Source of the DNA: Myxococcota bacterium
GTDB lineage: Bacteria > Myxococcota_A > UBA9160 > PR03
Length of the DNA stretch: 49,018 bases
Assembly (NCBI GenBank): GCA_041611735.1
Contig: JBFIML010000033.1
Span: 1-49,018, forward strand
Direction: 5' to 3'
The position numbers and the translations under genes were made by a program. The notes under the pieces are model-generated. The model saw only the letters and a program-made list of their open reading frames with translations. It had not been told where the DNA came from and searched no databases. This document shows, in pieces, positions 1 to 8,720 of this stretch; position 1 is the first letter of the stretch, and each line of letters begins with the position of its first letter.

Positions 1-837
1 CCCGTCGATCGCCGGGTGGACGATTCGCTCCCAGGTCCAGTGCGCCACCGGAAGGTCGCGCATCCAGTAGTTGAGGCTCGCGACGAGCCAGAACGCGGTG
101 GTGAGGACGAAGTATCCGTAGAGGCCGTCGCGGCCCGCGCCCAGCCAGATCACGATCAGGACGATGATCAGTACGGGGATCAGCGCCGTAGTGAGCCGCG
201 CCAGCGAGATCTGCAGCAGATAGCGACGTTCGTAGAGGGGCCGCAGGAGGTCTGCGGCGCCGACGCGGACCGGTCCGAGGCCGCCATAGTGGTGCGCGTA
301 CGCGTAGAGGCGTACGTCGATCGTGTTCTCGTCGCGGTCGAGGAGCACGCTGGAGAAGGGGAAGAAGAGCGGCCGGTTGAAGTTGTGGGCGACCGGCTCC
401 TCGAGGCTCCCGCCGCTCCCAACCGGAACTCCGTTTACCCAGGCCGCGGCGTTCATGTTCACCGAGGGCAGGTAGAGGGCCCAGCGCGCGCGCGGGGGGG
501 CGGGAGGCACGGTGAAGCGGTACCAGGCGCTCCCTCCGACGCCCGGCCGACGCTCCCGCCACGAGTCGGGCAGCGAGATCGGCTCCCAGGCTTCGACTGG
601 CTCGGACGGTGGCGTCGGCGATTCCGAGCGCAGGAAGAGGGCGCGGTCGAGCGTCAGCGGGACCTGGGCGGCGGCGGCCGCGGGGAGCAGAGCCCCGAAC
701 ACGAACCCGCACAGGGCGAACCTGGGCCGGGGTGGGAAGCGCGCGCCCGGACGGCGGCCGCAGGCCGTTCGGGGCGTCCGCTGCGGACCCGGCCAGCGGG
801 GCGATCGGAGCGATCCCAGCCAGCCTCCTGATCTCAT
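1..837 (-). CDS. 7TM-DISM-type membrane sensor, N-terminal part (signal peptide, periplasmic jelly-roll domain, first TM helices); runs off the window edge
   Basis: Not in the ORF track. Manual translation from ATG 837 is open to base 1: ...WEPISLPDSWRERRPGVGGSAWYRFTV...WALYLPSVNMNAAAWVNGVPVGSGG...HNFNRPLFFPFSSVLLDRDENTIDVRL...GGLGPVRVG..., then hydrophobic helices. Output domain is outside the window; start codon uncertain. Confidence 0.8.
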   Translation of the reverse strand, partial: MRSGGWLGSLRSPRWPGPQRTPRTACGRRPGARFPPRPRFALCGFVFGALLPAAAAAQVPLTLDRALFLRSESPTPPSEPVEAWEPISLPDSWRERRPGVGGSAWYRFTVPPAPPRARWALYLPSVNMNAAAWVNGVPVGSGGSLEEPVAHNFNRPLFFPFSSVLLDRDENTIDVRLYAYAHHYGGLGPVRVGAADLLRPLYERRYLLQISLARLTTALIPVLIIVLIVIWLGAGRDGLYGYFVLTTAFWLVASLNYWMRDLPVAHWTWERIVHPAIDG

Positions 838-843
838 CGCATC

Positions 844-3333
844 CTAGCCGGAGCCGGACGCGCTCCGCTTGCGCCGGAACTCCACCCGCGAGACGGCGTT
901 GTCCGCGGGGAGCACGTAGACGGTGACGTCGTAGTCGCGCGCCGGACGGTAGAGGAGCTGCTTCTGGATGGCGGCGTAGGTCTTGAGGACCAGCGAGACG
1001 CCGAGATCGATGGCGTCCCGGGTGGCGGGCTGGCTGGAATCCGGGACGACCGTAACCGCCCCGTCGTAGCGCCTCGCCACCGCATGCAGCCAGCGGTCGA
1101 GACGCTCCGGCAGGGCCTCCACGGACACCGGCGCCAGGAAGCGCACCACCACCACCGGCGCCCCGCTCTTGAGCGCATCGGCCAGGCGGTCGTCGAAGGT
1201 GACCGAGTCCAGGAACGGGACCTCCTCGCTGCGCGCCGCCATGGCGGAGGTGCGGTCGCCCGCCGCCTCGGTCACCTGGATGGTGAGGGAGGCGGCGGTC
1301 CAGTCGGCACGCAGCGGGTCCGGGCCGGCCGCGACGCCGCCCTCGGGCGCATCCGCCACCAGCACGAGCCCCCGGGACGCCACCCGCGCCAGGGGGCGTC
1401 GCAGTCCGGCGGGTCCCGTGCCGCGGGTTGCGATCTCGTCGAGCAGGCTGCGCAGGGTCGTGGCCGCCTCGAGAGAGGTGGTGCAGAAGCCGCGCAGGGT
1501 GTCGGTCCCGGCCGGAGGCGCGTAGTCGATGTGGAAGCCGGCGCGGTTGCCCGGAGCGAGGGAGTCGGGAATGCGCACCGGCTCGCTGCCCGCGATGCGG
1601 CCCTGCGAGAGGTAGCCCCGTGTCTCGGAGATCGGATTCGGGAAGAGGACGCGGACCGTCCCCTCGGCGTCGAGGTCCACCAGGGTGAGGAAGCAGTCCG
1701 CGCTGGCCTCCACGCGAAGCTGCAGACTGTTCTCGGGGGTGCGCGGCTCGCCGGGAAGCCGGATGCGGTAGCGCGGCGCGCGAGTCCGTCCGGTCCGGTC
1801 CCCGCCTCCGGCAGCCTCGGCGGCGCCACCCTCGACGGCCAGCGTGAGGCGCAGGGCCGACGCCGGATTGTCGACGGCCATGAGCTCCGAGGCGGTGAGG
1901 GAGCGCGCGAAGATGCGGGCGAGCTCCGCCACGAAGACCGCGTCGTCGGAGCCGGTGAGGGAGGCGACCGGAGAGCGCCCGTCGGCACCATAGACGTCGC
2001 AGCGCTCGTCCGAGCACTCCACCACGAAGCGGGCGAACTCCCCCGCCTCGACCCGGACCAGCTCCGGGACACGCTTCGCCAGGGCCTGGCGCAGTCGGCC
2101 GGCCCGCTCGGACTGGCCGAGCCAGCGCACCGGCACGCGACGCTCCGGAACCGGCGGGGCGGCCGCCACCGCCCGCGCCTCGGGAGGGATCTCGGCGTCG
2201 GCGGGCACCAGGCGCGCCAGCGCGTCCGGCTCCCGGAGCTGCGTCACCTCGGCCTCGGCCAGGGCACCGCCCGGAGAGAACGCGACCTCACCGGGCGGGT
2301 AGACGCTCCACAGCGCACCCGCTGCCGCACCGAGCCGGGCGGCGCCCACCAGCCGCACCACGCCGGCCTCGTCCGTGGCCCGCACCGCGGCGAACGGCAG
2401 CCGCGCCGGCGGCTCCGTCGCCGGGGACGCGACGCCCCCGGGCTCCGGCAGGAGCGCCCGAGCCAGGCGCTCCGCGGGGCCCTCGAGCTGGGGCTCGGGC
2501 ATGTCCGCGAGCCCGAGCTGGGCCTTGATGCGTCCGAGCTCCGTCTCGATGCCGGCCAGGATCTCGCGCGGGTTCGCCCCGGGCGCCGCCGAGGCGAGAC
2601 TCCGCCCGAGCGCAAAGCTGAACAGTCCGTGGGAGCGTCCGTCCACGGGCCCGTCGAGGGCACGCTGGTGCGCGGCCGCCGCGCTCAGCAGCACGTGCCG
2701 GCTCTCGAGAACCGGCACCACCGCGCGCGTGGTCGCCTCGCCTGCGGCGTAGAGATCCGTGCGCTCGTCGGGCGGCACCCAGCGGGTGCGGAATCCCGTC
2801 TCGCCCCGGGTCGCCGTCCCCGAATGGCACGAGTCGAGCACGATCACCGCCATGCCCACCGTCATGCGGTCGAGGATGGCTGCGATCTCGTCGTCCACCA
2901 CGTCCGGAACCCCGGGCGTGCGGCCGTCGTGGGGGACCAGGGTCTCGTCGGCCTCGTCGGCCTCGTCTCCGTTCTGGTCCATCACCTGGGAGCCGTGCCC
3001 GGAGTAGTGGACGTAGACCAGGTCTTCGGGCCCGGCCTGCCCCGCCAGCTTCTCCAGGGCCGCGAGGATGCCCGCGCGGGTGGCCTCCGTGTCGATCACC
3101 ACGCGGACGTGCTCCTCGCGGAAGCCGTAGCGCGTGACCAGCAGGGAGCGCAGCAGCTCGACGTCGTTGAGGGCACCGCGCAGGTCGGGCACGCCCTGGT
3201 ACTGGTTCACACCGATCAAGAGGGCGCGGCGTACGCCGTCGGCTTCCGCGGTCCCGGCGCTCGCTGCCCCGAGTCCCAGCAGCCCCGCCGCCAGGACCGC
3301 GACGCCGAGACACCCCTTCCCGCACCTTCCCAC
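844..3333 (-). CDS. Exported caspase-family (peptidase C14, metacaspase/orthocaspase-like) protease with DUF4384 domain and unassigned C-terminal domain
   Basis: RRALLIGVNQY, LRGALNDV, HYSGHG (catalytic His), DETLVPHD, LDSCHSG (catalytic Cys); signal peptide ending TAEA; DUF4384-like LQLRVEASADCFLTLVDLDAEGTVRVLFPN; GAAGGAGG SD before GTG. Confidence 0.9.
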   Translation of the reverse strand: MGRCGKGCLGVAVLAAGLLGLGAASAGTAEADGVRRALLIGVNQYQGVPDLRGALNDVELLRSLLVTRYGFREEHVRVVIDTEATRAGILAALEKLAGQAGPEDLVYVHYSGHGSQVMDQNGDEADEADETLVPHDGRTPGVPDVVDDEIAAILDRMTVGMAVIVLDSCHSGTATRGETGFRTRWVPPDERTDLYAAGEATTRAVVPVLESRHVLLSAAAAHQRALDGPVDGRSHGLFSFALGRSLASAAPGANPREILAGIETELGRIKAQLGLADMPEPQLEGPAERLARALLPEPGGVASPATEPPARLPFAAVRATDEAGVVRLVGAARLGAAAGALWSVYPPGEVAFSPGGALAEAEVTQLREPDALARLVPADAEIPPEARAVAAAPPVPERRVPVRWLGQSERAGRLRQALAKRVPELVRVEAGEFARFVVECSDERCDVYGADGRSPVASLTGSDDAVFVAELARIFARSLTASELMAVDNPASALRLTLAVEGGAAEAAGGGDRTGRTRAPRYRIRLPGEPRTPENSLQLRVEASADCFLTLVDLDAEGTVRVLFPNPISETRGYLSQGRIAGSEPVRIPDSLAPGNRAGFHIDYAPPAGTDTLRGFCTTSLEAATTLRSLLDEIATRGTGPAGLRRPLARVASRGLVLVADAPEGGVAAGPDPLRADWTAASLTIQVTEAAGDRTSAMAARSEEVPFLDSVTFDDRLADALKSGAPVVVVRFLAPVSVEALPERLDRWLHAVARRYDGAVTVVPDSSQPATRDAIDLGVSLVLKTYAAIQKQLLYRPARDYDVTVYVLPADNAVSRVEFRRKRSASGSG

Positions 3334-3344
3334 CGGGACCTCCT

Positions 3345-4097
3345 TCAGCCTCCGCGCACGCGCAGCCAGCGGGTGACCACGAGGTCGACGCCCGGCTCCG
3401 GCGCCTTGTAGCGCCCAGCGCCGGGCGCGAACTCGCTGGCCGAGCCGGTCGGGACGTCGCGACCCCGGATCGCCGGGGGGCCGATCACGGTGGGCTTCCC
3501 CACCCGTGCGGGCTGGCCCGGACCTGCGGAACGCGGCCGCGTGAGGAATCCGACGCGAATCCCCTCGAGCGCCTCCCGCGGCCCATCCGCCACCACCAGG
3601 TAGACGTGCCCGACCCCCGAGCCGATGGACCAGGCCTCACCCTCCACGGCGGGGACGACGCGCGTCTCGGCGGCCGGCACCGGGTTGGCCCCCGCCACCC
3701 CCACCGGCGGGAAGAGGGGCGTCACCACTCCCGTCGCGTCCACGCCAAAGGCGTACACGAAGGAGCGCTGCCCGGGCCGGAAGGCGACCCGCACTGCATC
3801 GCCCGCTGCCAGCTCCGCGCCGTCGTCCACGGCCGCGCCCCTCGGACCCAGCAACGTCACGTCCGCGGCCAGGGGCTCGACGTCGCGTACCGTGAGCTCC
3901 CGCTGCTCGCGCAGCCGCTGGCTCAGGCTCAGGGAGAGCGTCCGGGCGGATTCGCAGTAGTCCTTCGGGTTGTTCTGGCAGGTGACCTCGAGCCAGTCGT
4001 TCGCCACCAGGCTGGCCACCTCGAGCGCATCGCCGCAGGTGGCGCCGGACAATGCGACGCCCGCCGCCAGGATTGCCCCCAGGACCGCACCCCTCAT
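3345..4097 (-). CDS. Exported DUF4384 domain-containing protein
   Basis: Signal peptide; LAAGDAVRVAFRPGQRSFVYAFGVDATGVVTPLFP matches the DUF4384 pattern; GGAGGAGG SD favours ATG 4097 over GTG 4103. Confidence 0.75.
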   Translation of the reverse strand: MRGAVLGAILAAGVALSGATCGDALEVASLVANDWLEVTCQNNPKDYCESARTLSLSLSQRLREQRELTVRDVEPLAADVTLLGPRGAAVDDGAELAAGDAVRVAFRPGQRSFVYAFGVDATGVVTPLFPPVGVAGANPVPAAETRVVPAVEGEAWSIGSGVGHVYLVVADGPREALEGIRVGFLTRPRSAGPGQPARVGKPTVIGPPAIRGRDVPTGSASEFAPGAGRYKAPEPGVDLVVTRWLRVRGG

Positions 4098-4208
4098 GCG
4101 CACGCCTCCTCCCGTCGATGCGAAGCCGGGCCGAGGACGTCACCCTACCACGAAGCAGGGTCGACCCGCCGATCCGGCATCGGCCGCGGACCGCTGCATG
4201 GACGAGCG

Positions 4209-6449
4209 CTAGGACGCTCCCCCCGGCGCCACGTAGATCGGTGAGGACCAGGCGCGCTCCTCGGCCGGAGCCAGGCAATCGTCCTCGAAGGGCGTGCGGT
4301 AGTCGCCGTAGCAGGGCGAGACCTCCACGCAGTTGCCCGCGGGGTCGAAGCGGCAGCGCAGGGGGTCGGCGTTCACCACGGGGCTGGGCGCCTGGACGGC
4401 GCGCACGTAGTAGGTGGCCGGGCGCCCCGCCGCCACGAAGTCCGGGTCGTCGAACTCGACCGTGCAGCCCGTGGGGTCGGGGACGCAGGCGAAGCGGCGC
4501 CAGGTGTCCTCCACCAGGGCGCCCACGGGCTCGCCGGCTCCGACCTGGGGCCGGATGCGCACCACCTCGATGCGGTCGATCGGGTGGCGCTCGTCGCTCG
4601 GGTGGTAGCACTCCCCGCGGCACAGGCGCTCCAGGCGCTCGGGCGAGAGACCCTGTTCGGAGACGTCCGGGCAGCCCGGGATCTGCTTGAAGCTCCCCAC
4701 GGCGCGCACGCGGAAGCGCGGCATCTCCCCGAGACGCGCCTGGCTTCCCATGGGAAGCTCACCCTCCGGTCCGTTCAGGAGGTCGAACCAGAGCAGGATG
4801 CGCGGGCCGCTGGTGCCGTAGACCTCGCGTCGCTGGAGGGCGTCCCACACGCCCTGGCGGCTGCGTCCCCCGGCGTGCACGGCCGCGAGTCCACCGGTCA
4901 TGAAGAAGGAGGCCTGGCGCTCGAAGTCGAGGATCAGATAGGGGGCCAGGTCCGTGGTGTCCTGGTCGAAGGCCACCGGCTCCGGGTCGGGCCGCGTGGC
5001 AATGCCGGCGTTGAAGCGCCGGGACCAGGTGGCATCCCGGGAGCCGCGCCCCTCCGTGTTGTAGAGACGCCCGTACTCCTTGTAGCCGGTGCCGGGCCGG
5101 GCCGTGTGGCTGTCGCTCGAGGCCATGAAGCCGAAGTGGAAGCGCCGGGGGTCGCCCGGATCGTCGAAGTTGGTGATGCCGAGGATGTACTGCACCGAGC
5201 TGCCGGGCCGGTATTGGTAGGAGGGCAGGAAGCAGTCGTGACACTGCCCGCAGCCCTTCCAATCGGCGACGCTCGTGCCGGGCACCGTGTGGCGGCCCGC
5301 CGTGTCGGCCTGCAGGTAGAGACGGCGTGTTTTCTCGACCCGCGCCTGGCACTCCGCCGACCCGGGGTCCGGGCAGCGGCTGCGGATGATCTCGCCCGCC
5401 CGCCAGCAGCAGGGCTCGTACTCCGGGGTCGGCTCCGGACAGACCTTCTCGCCGTTCGGCTCGAGCTCGACACCACGCCAGTCGCGGTACTCCTCGGAGT
5501 TGCCGTGGCCCGAGAAGACCTCGATCAGGCGCTGGAGCGCGGGGTCGTGCTGATCGGCCGTGAGCTGCTTGTCCCAGGTGGAGCCCGCCGGCGTGTAGAG
5601 ACCCCAGGTCGTCCCGTGCGGGATGACCATCGCCGCGTGACCCCACTGCCGGAGCTTCTGGAACAGGATCTGGGGCGTCCCGGCCCCCTCCATGCAGTCG
5701 TCGGGAAGCTCCCGGGTGTCCACGCCGGCGGGGCAGCGAGGCACCGCGCGGGTCTCGTTCAGGAACTCCTGCAGGGCGAAGTAGCGCTCGCGGTTCGGAT
5801 AGTCGAAGAGCGGCAGCAGCACGCGCTGGCGGAGCGGAGCAGCGGCACGCATGGCCCGGGTGGCGAAGCTGTCCGAATCGATCGGTCGGCGCGGCACGGC
5901 GTCTTCGGCCAGGTCGCGCAGGATCACGTTCTTGTGCCCGTAGTGGTCCTTCGGCGTCCCCCCGACGTGGGTCCACTCCCAGCCGAGGAAGGCAACCACG
6001 TCCGGATTCTCGGCGTCTCCGGCGATGGCATTGCACTGCCGGATCGACTCCTTCGTCTCGCGCCAGCGGCGCGGCGTGATCGACTCCGCGTGATCGTTGA
6101 TGCTCCAGAAGTCCAAGGCCGAGCAGTAGCGGGCGAAGTCGCAGGCGTCGGCCACGGGGTGCGTGCCCTCCCCCTGCAGGATGGGGAGGCTCATCAGGAA
6201 GGCGTCGGCGGAGATGGTGGTGTGCACGTGCAGGTCGCCGAACAGGATCTGCTTGCGGGGAGCCGGCGCGCCGGTGGCCTCGGCGAGAGTGCGGGCGTCT
6301 CCGGCCTGGCGGACGCTCCGCTCCGCCACGAGCGCCTCGGGCAGCCGCCCGCCCTCGATCGTGCCCGGTCCCTCGTGCTCGCCGCGGCAGGCCGTGAGGC
6401 CCACCGCCAGCCCCACCACGACGCCAGCCGCCCGCACCGCCCTGCCCAT
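4209..6449 (-). CDS. DUF3604 family PHP-like metallohydrolase, lipoprotein
   Basis: FGDLHVHT, SINDHAE, GWEWT, IPHGTTWG, SSDSHTARPG, REVYGTSGPRI, C-terminal ERAWSSPIY; lipobox LTAC. Confidence 0.9.
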   Translation of the reverse strand: MGRAVRAAGVVVGLAVGLTACRGEHEGPGTIEGGRLPEALVAERSVRQAGDARTLAEATGAPAPRKQILFGDLHVHTTISADAFLMSLPILQGEGTHPVADACDFARYCSALDFWSINDHAESITPRRWRETKESIRQCNAIAGDAENPDVVAFLGWEWTHVGGTPKDHYGHKNVILRDLAEDAVPRRPIDSDSFATRAMRAAAPLRQRVLLPLFDYPNRERYFALQEFLNETRAVPRCPAGVDTRELPDDCMEGAGTPQILFQKLRQWGHAAMVIPHGTTWGLYTPAGSTWDKQLTADQHDPALQRLIEVFSGHGNSEEYRDWRGVELEPNGEKVCPEPTPEYEPCCWRAGEIIRSRCPDPGSAECQARVEKTRRLYLQADTAGRHTVPGTSVADWKGCGQCHDCFLPSYQYRPGSSVQYILGITNFDDPGDPRRFHFGFMASSDSHTARPGTGYKEYGRLYNTEGRGSRDATWSRRFNAGIATRPDPEPVAFDQDTTDLAPYLILDFERQASFFMTGGLAAVHAGGRSRQGVWDALQRREVYGTSGPRILLWFDLLNGPEGELPMGSQARLGEMPRFRVRAVGSFKQIPGCPDVSEQGLSPERLERLCRGECYHPSDERHPIDRIEVVRIRPQVGAGEPVGALVEDTWRRFACVPDPTGCTVEFDDPDFVAAGRPATYYVRAVQAPSPVVNADPLRCRFDPAGNCVEVSPCYGDYRTPFEDDCLAPAEERAWSSPIYVAPGGAS

Positions 6450-6473
6450 CACCGCCCTCCCCCGCCGGGAACG

Positions 6474-6503
6474 GTTCTACCAAGGGGCGGCGCCAGCGGT
6501 CAA
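6474..6503 (-). promoter_or_regulatory. Putative sigma70 promoter of the DUF3604 gene
   Basis: TTGACC-N18-TAGAAC in the intergenic gap. Confidence 0.45.
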
Positions 6504-6512
6504 TCGGGGGCT

Positions 6513-6923
6513 TCAGGGAGAGATCGGAGCCAGCCGGACGGCCACGGCGCCGTCCGGGTCCCGCATCAGGCCGATGACGCGATCCACCCAGCCGTACTGC
6601 TCCGCCATCCGCTGGTTGATGCGGGCCGTCCGGTCCGGCATGGGGACGGCCCGATAGCGTCGCGGCTCGCCCGCCCGCTCGAGCTCCACCTCGGGACGCG
6701 CCTGCAGACGGCGGTACCAGCCGGATTCCGCCTGCCCGGCCCGCAGCCACAGGTCGCCCTCCTCCTCCACGATCCAGAGATGGGTGGCGTGGAGCCGCCC
6801 TTCCGCATCGAGGGTGTGGAGGATCACGACCTCGCCCGCGTACTCGCTCGCCACGAACAGCAGCGCCGCCAGGGCGACCCCGACTCCCACGAGCCCGATT
6901 CCCAGCCGAACGATCCAGCGCAC
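6513..6923 (-). CDS. Membrane-anchored split-barrel protein (deazaflavin nitroreductase/DUF2255-like)
   Basis: GTG 6923 with AGGAGG SD; N-terminal TM; EVVILHTLDAEGRLHATHLWIVE...SGWYRRLQARPEVEL...MAEQYGWVD. Confidence 0.65.
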   Translation of the reverse strand: MRWIVRLGIGLVGVGVALAALLFVASEYAGEVVILHTLDAEGRLHATHLWIVEEEGDLWLRAGQAESGWYRRLQARPEVELERAGEPRRYRAVPMPDRTARINQRMAEQYGWVDRVIGLMRDPDGAVAVRLAPISP

Positions 6924-6939
6924 GGAGTTCCTCCTCTGG

Positions 6940-8223
6940 CTACGGGTGCGCTCCCGGGGCGAGCGCCCGGATCTCGAGACTCTCGAGCACGGCGCGGAAC
7001 CAGGGCGCGAAGCCCGCATGCAGCTCAGCGGGCGCCTCCGCGATCACCACGAGCACGCGGCCGTCGCCGGTCTCGACGAAGGTGTGCTCCTCCACCAGCC
7101 GGTGGGCCGGCTTCTCCACGACCATGTGGAACGCGTTGCGTCCGGCCACGGGCTGCTCGTCCTGCTCCGCCACGACGCCGCGCCCCACGTGAGCGGCCAG
7201 ATGCTGTTCCAGGTAGCCCTCGATGGAGCGGTAGCGGCGCGCGATGATCTGGAGCGAGGCCTCGTAGTCCCACGCCACCCCGTCCACGATCACGACGCCC
7301 TGCCGGGTCTCGAAGCGCAGCCAGCTCGCAGGAAGCCGGACCGCATAGCCATGGCGGGCGTCCTCCCAGGGCGTGGCGTCGAGCTCCACCGGGACCGGCG
7401 CCGTGGGGGCGCGTCGTGCGGGGGCGCTGCCACGCGGGAAACGCAGGTAGATCGTCCCGTTCGGCATGCGATAGAGGGAAGCGAAGGAGTTCACGTCCTG
7501 CTCGGAGAGGTGGCCCACCGTGCGGTCGCGCGCCTGCTCGTACATGAGATCGGCGGGAATCGGGCTATGGCCGCGCATGCCGAGGGCGTGTCCGAGCTCG
7601 TGCAGGGCCAGCCGCTCGACCTGGTCGGGAGGCAGGAGGCCGAAGCGGTCCGCCACGAAGATGCGCAGCTCGGACACCTCGAAGGCGACTCGCAGGCGTC
7701 CGGAGGCGGGGTCACCGCCCTCGACCCGGCACGCCCGGGTGACGGGCGTCATGCCGAGCACCTGGACGTCCGGGTCCGCAAGCGGCCCCACCGCCCCCTC
7801 CAGCCGAACCCGCAGGCGCGCCTGCTCGGCACGCTCCACCCGTCGGAAGCGGATCACCCCCGGCAGCCGGCGCGCCCAGCTGGCGAGCGCCTCCTGCACC
7901 GCCTCCACGTAGGCCTCGGGGGGCTTGGGATCGAACTCGTCCTCGAGCTCCTTCGCGATGGTGGGCGGCTCCACGTGCACCGCCAGCGGGAAGGCGTCGT
8001 CGTCCCAGCGGCACAAGAGCAGCAGATCCTCGCCGTCGCGGCGGAATCGGTGCGCCATGAAGGGCAGATAGTTGGGGTCCCGCACCTGGGAATGGGCCTC
8101 CCGGAAGGCGCCGTAGTCCCAGCGGGTCGGAGACCAGGGTTCGCTCGAGGGCGTCACGCGCGGGGGAGCGCAGTGGAGCGCGAGCCCGAACGGGAGCGCC
8201 GCCGCCAGCGCCCGCCACCTCAC
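6940..8223 (-). CDS. Matrixin (M10-like) zinc metalloprotease lipoprotein with C-terminal PsbP/Mog1-like domain
   Basis: HELGHALGMRGHS...DLMY (HExxHxxGxxH plus Met-turn); signal peptide with Cys; WEDARHGYAVRLPASW and FRAVLESLEI resemble PsbP-fold ends; GTG overlaps the smpB stop (GTGA). Confidence 0.8.
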   Translation of the reverse strand: MRWRALAAALPFGLALHCAPPRVTPSSEPWSPTRWDYGAFREAHSQVRDPNYLPFMAHRFRRDGEDLLLLCRWDDDAFPLAVHVEPPTIAKELEDEFDPKPPEAYVEAVQEALASWARRLPGVIRFRRVERAEQARLRVRLEGAVGPLADPDVQVLGMTPVTRACRVEGGDPASGRLRVAFEVSELRIFVADRFGLLPPDQVERLALHELGHALGMRGHSPIPADLMYEQARDRTVGHLSEQDVNSFASLYRMPNGTIYLRFPRGSAPARRAPTAPVPVELDATPWEDARHGYAVRLPASWLRFETRQGVVIVDGVAWDYEASLQIIARRYRSIEGYLEQHLAAHVGRGVVAEQDEQPVAGRNAFHMVVEKPAHRLVEEHTFVETGDGRVLVVIAEAPAELHAGFAPWFRAVLESLEIRALAPGAHP

Positions 8224-8690
8224 GACCCGCCCCGGCCGCGCAGCGCACGCTGCACCTCCCGCTCCTCCTCGCGACGGCGGATCGCCTCGCGCTTGTCGAA
8301 GCGCCGCTTGCCGCGTGCCAGGCCGAGCTCGACCTTCACCCGCCCGTCGCGAAAGTAGAGCGAGAGCGGAACCAGGGTGAGCCCCCGCTCGACCACCTTT
8401 CCCGAGAGCCGCGCGATCTCCGCCCGATGGAGCAGGAGCTTGCGTTCGCGCCGGGGATCCGGGTTCTCGCGTCCCGCCTGGGGGTAGGGGCTGATGTGGA
8501 CGTTGAGCAGGAAGATCTCGCGACCGCGGATCGTGGCGTAGCCGTCGGCCAGGTTGGCGCGGCCGGCGCGCAGGGACTTGACCTCGGGGCCGAGCAGGAC
8601 GATGCCGGCCTCCACGGTATCCAGGATCTCGTAGTCGTGGCGCGCCCGGCGATTGCTGGCGATCACCTTGCGCTCGCCCTGGCCCGGCAT
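8220..8690 (-). CDS. smpB: SsrA-binding protein SmpB
   Basis: NRRARHDY, EAGIVLLGPEVKSLR, RKLLLH, GKRRFDKRE. Confidence 0.98.
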   Translation of the reverse strand: MPGQGERKVIASNRRARHDYEILDTVEAGIVLLGPEVKSLRAGRANLADGYATIRGREIFLLNVHISPYPQAGRENPDPRRERKLLLHRAEIARLSGKVVERGLTLVPLSLYFRDGRVKVELGLARGKRRFDKREAIRRREEEREVQRALRGRGGS

Positions 8691-8720
8691 CCGCGGGATC
8701 GTAGCGGAGGGGCCGCAGGC

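Noticed and set aside
410-520. Possible frameshift near the poly-G run in the 7TM sensor gene
   Set aside because: Codon-by-codon reading shows one continuous frame across the run.
16-831. 271-aa plus-strand ORF
   Set aside because: Antisense shadow of the 7TM-DISM gene, which has recognisable motifs and typical codon bias on the minus strand.
1084-7247. Long plus-strand ORFs (775 aa, 887 aa) and similar shadows elsewhere (e.g. 43663-45720, 46382-48040)
   Set aside because: Exact antisense frames of real genes; stop-poor because of high GC3; no motifs.
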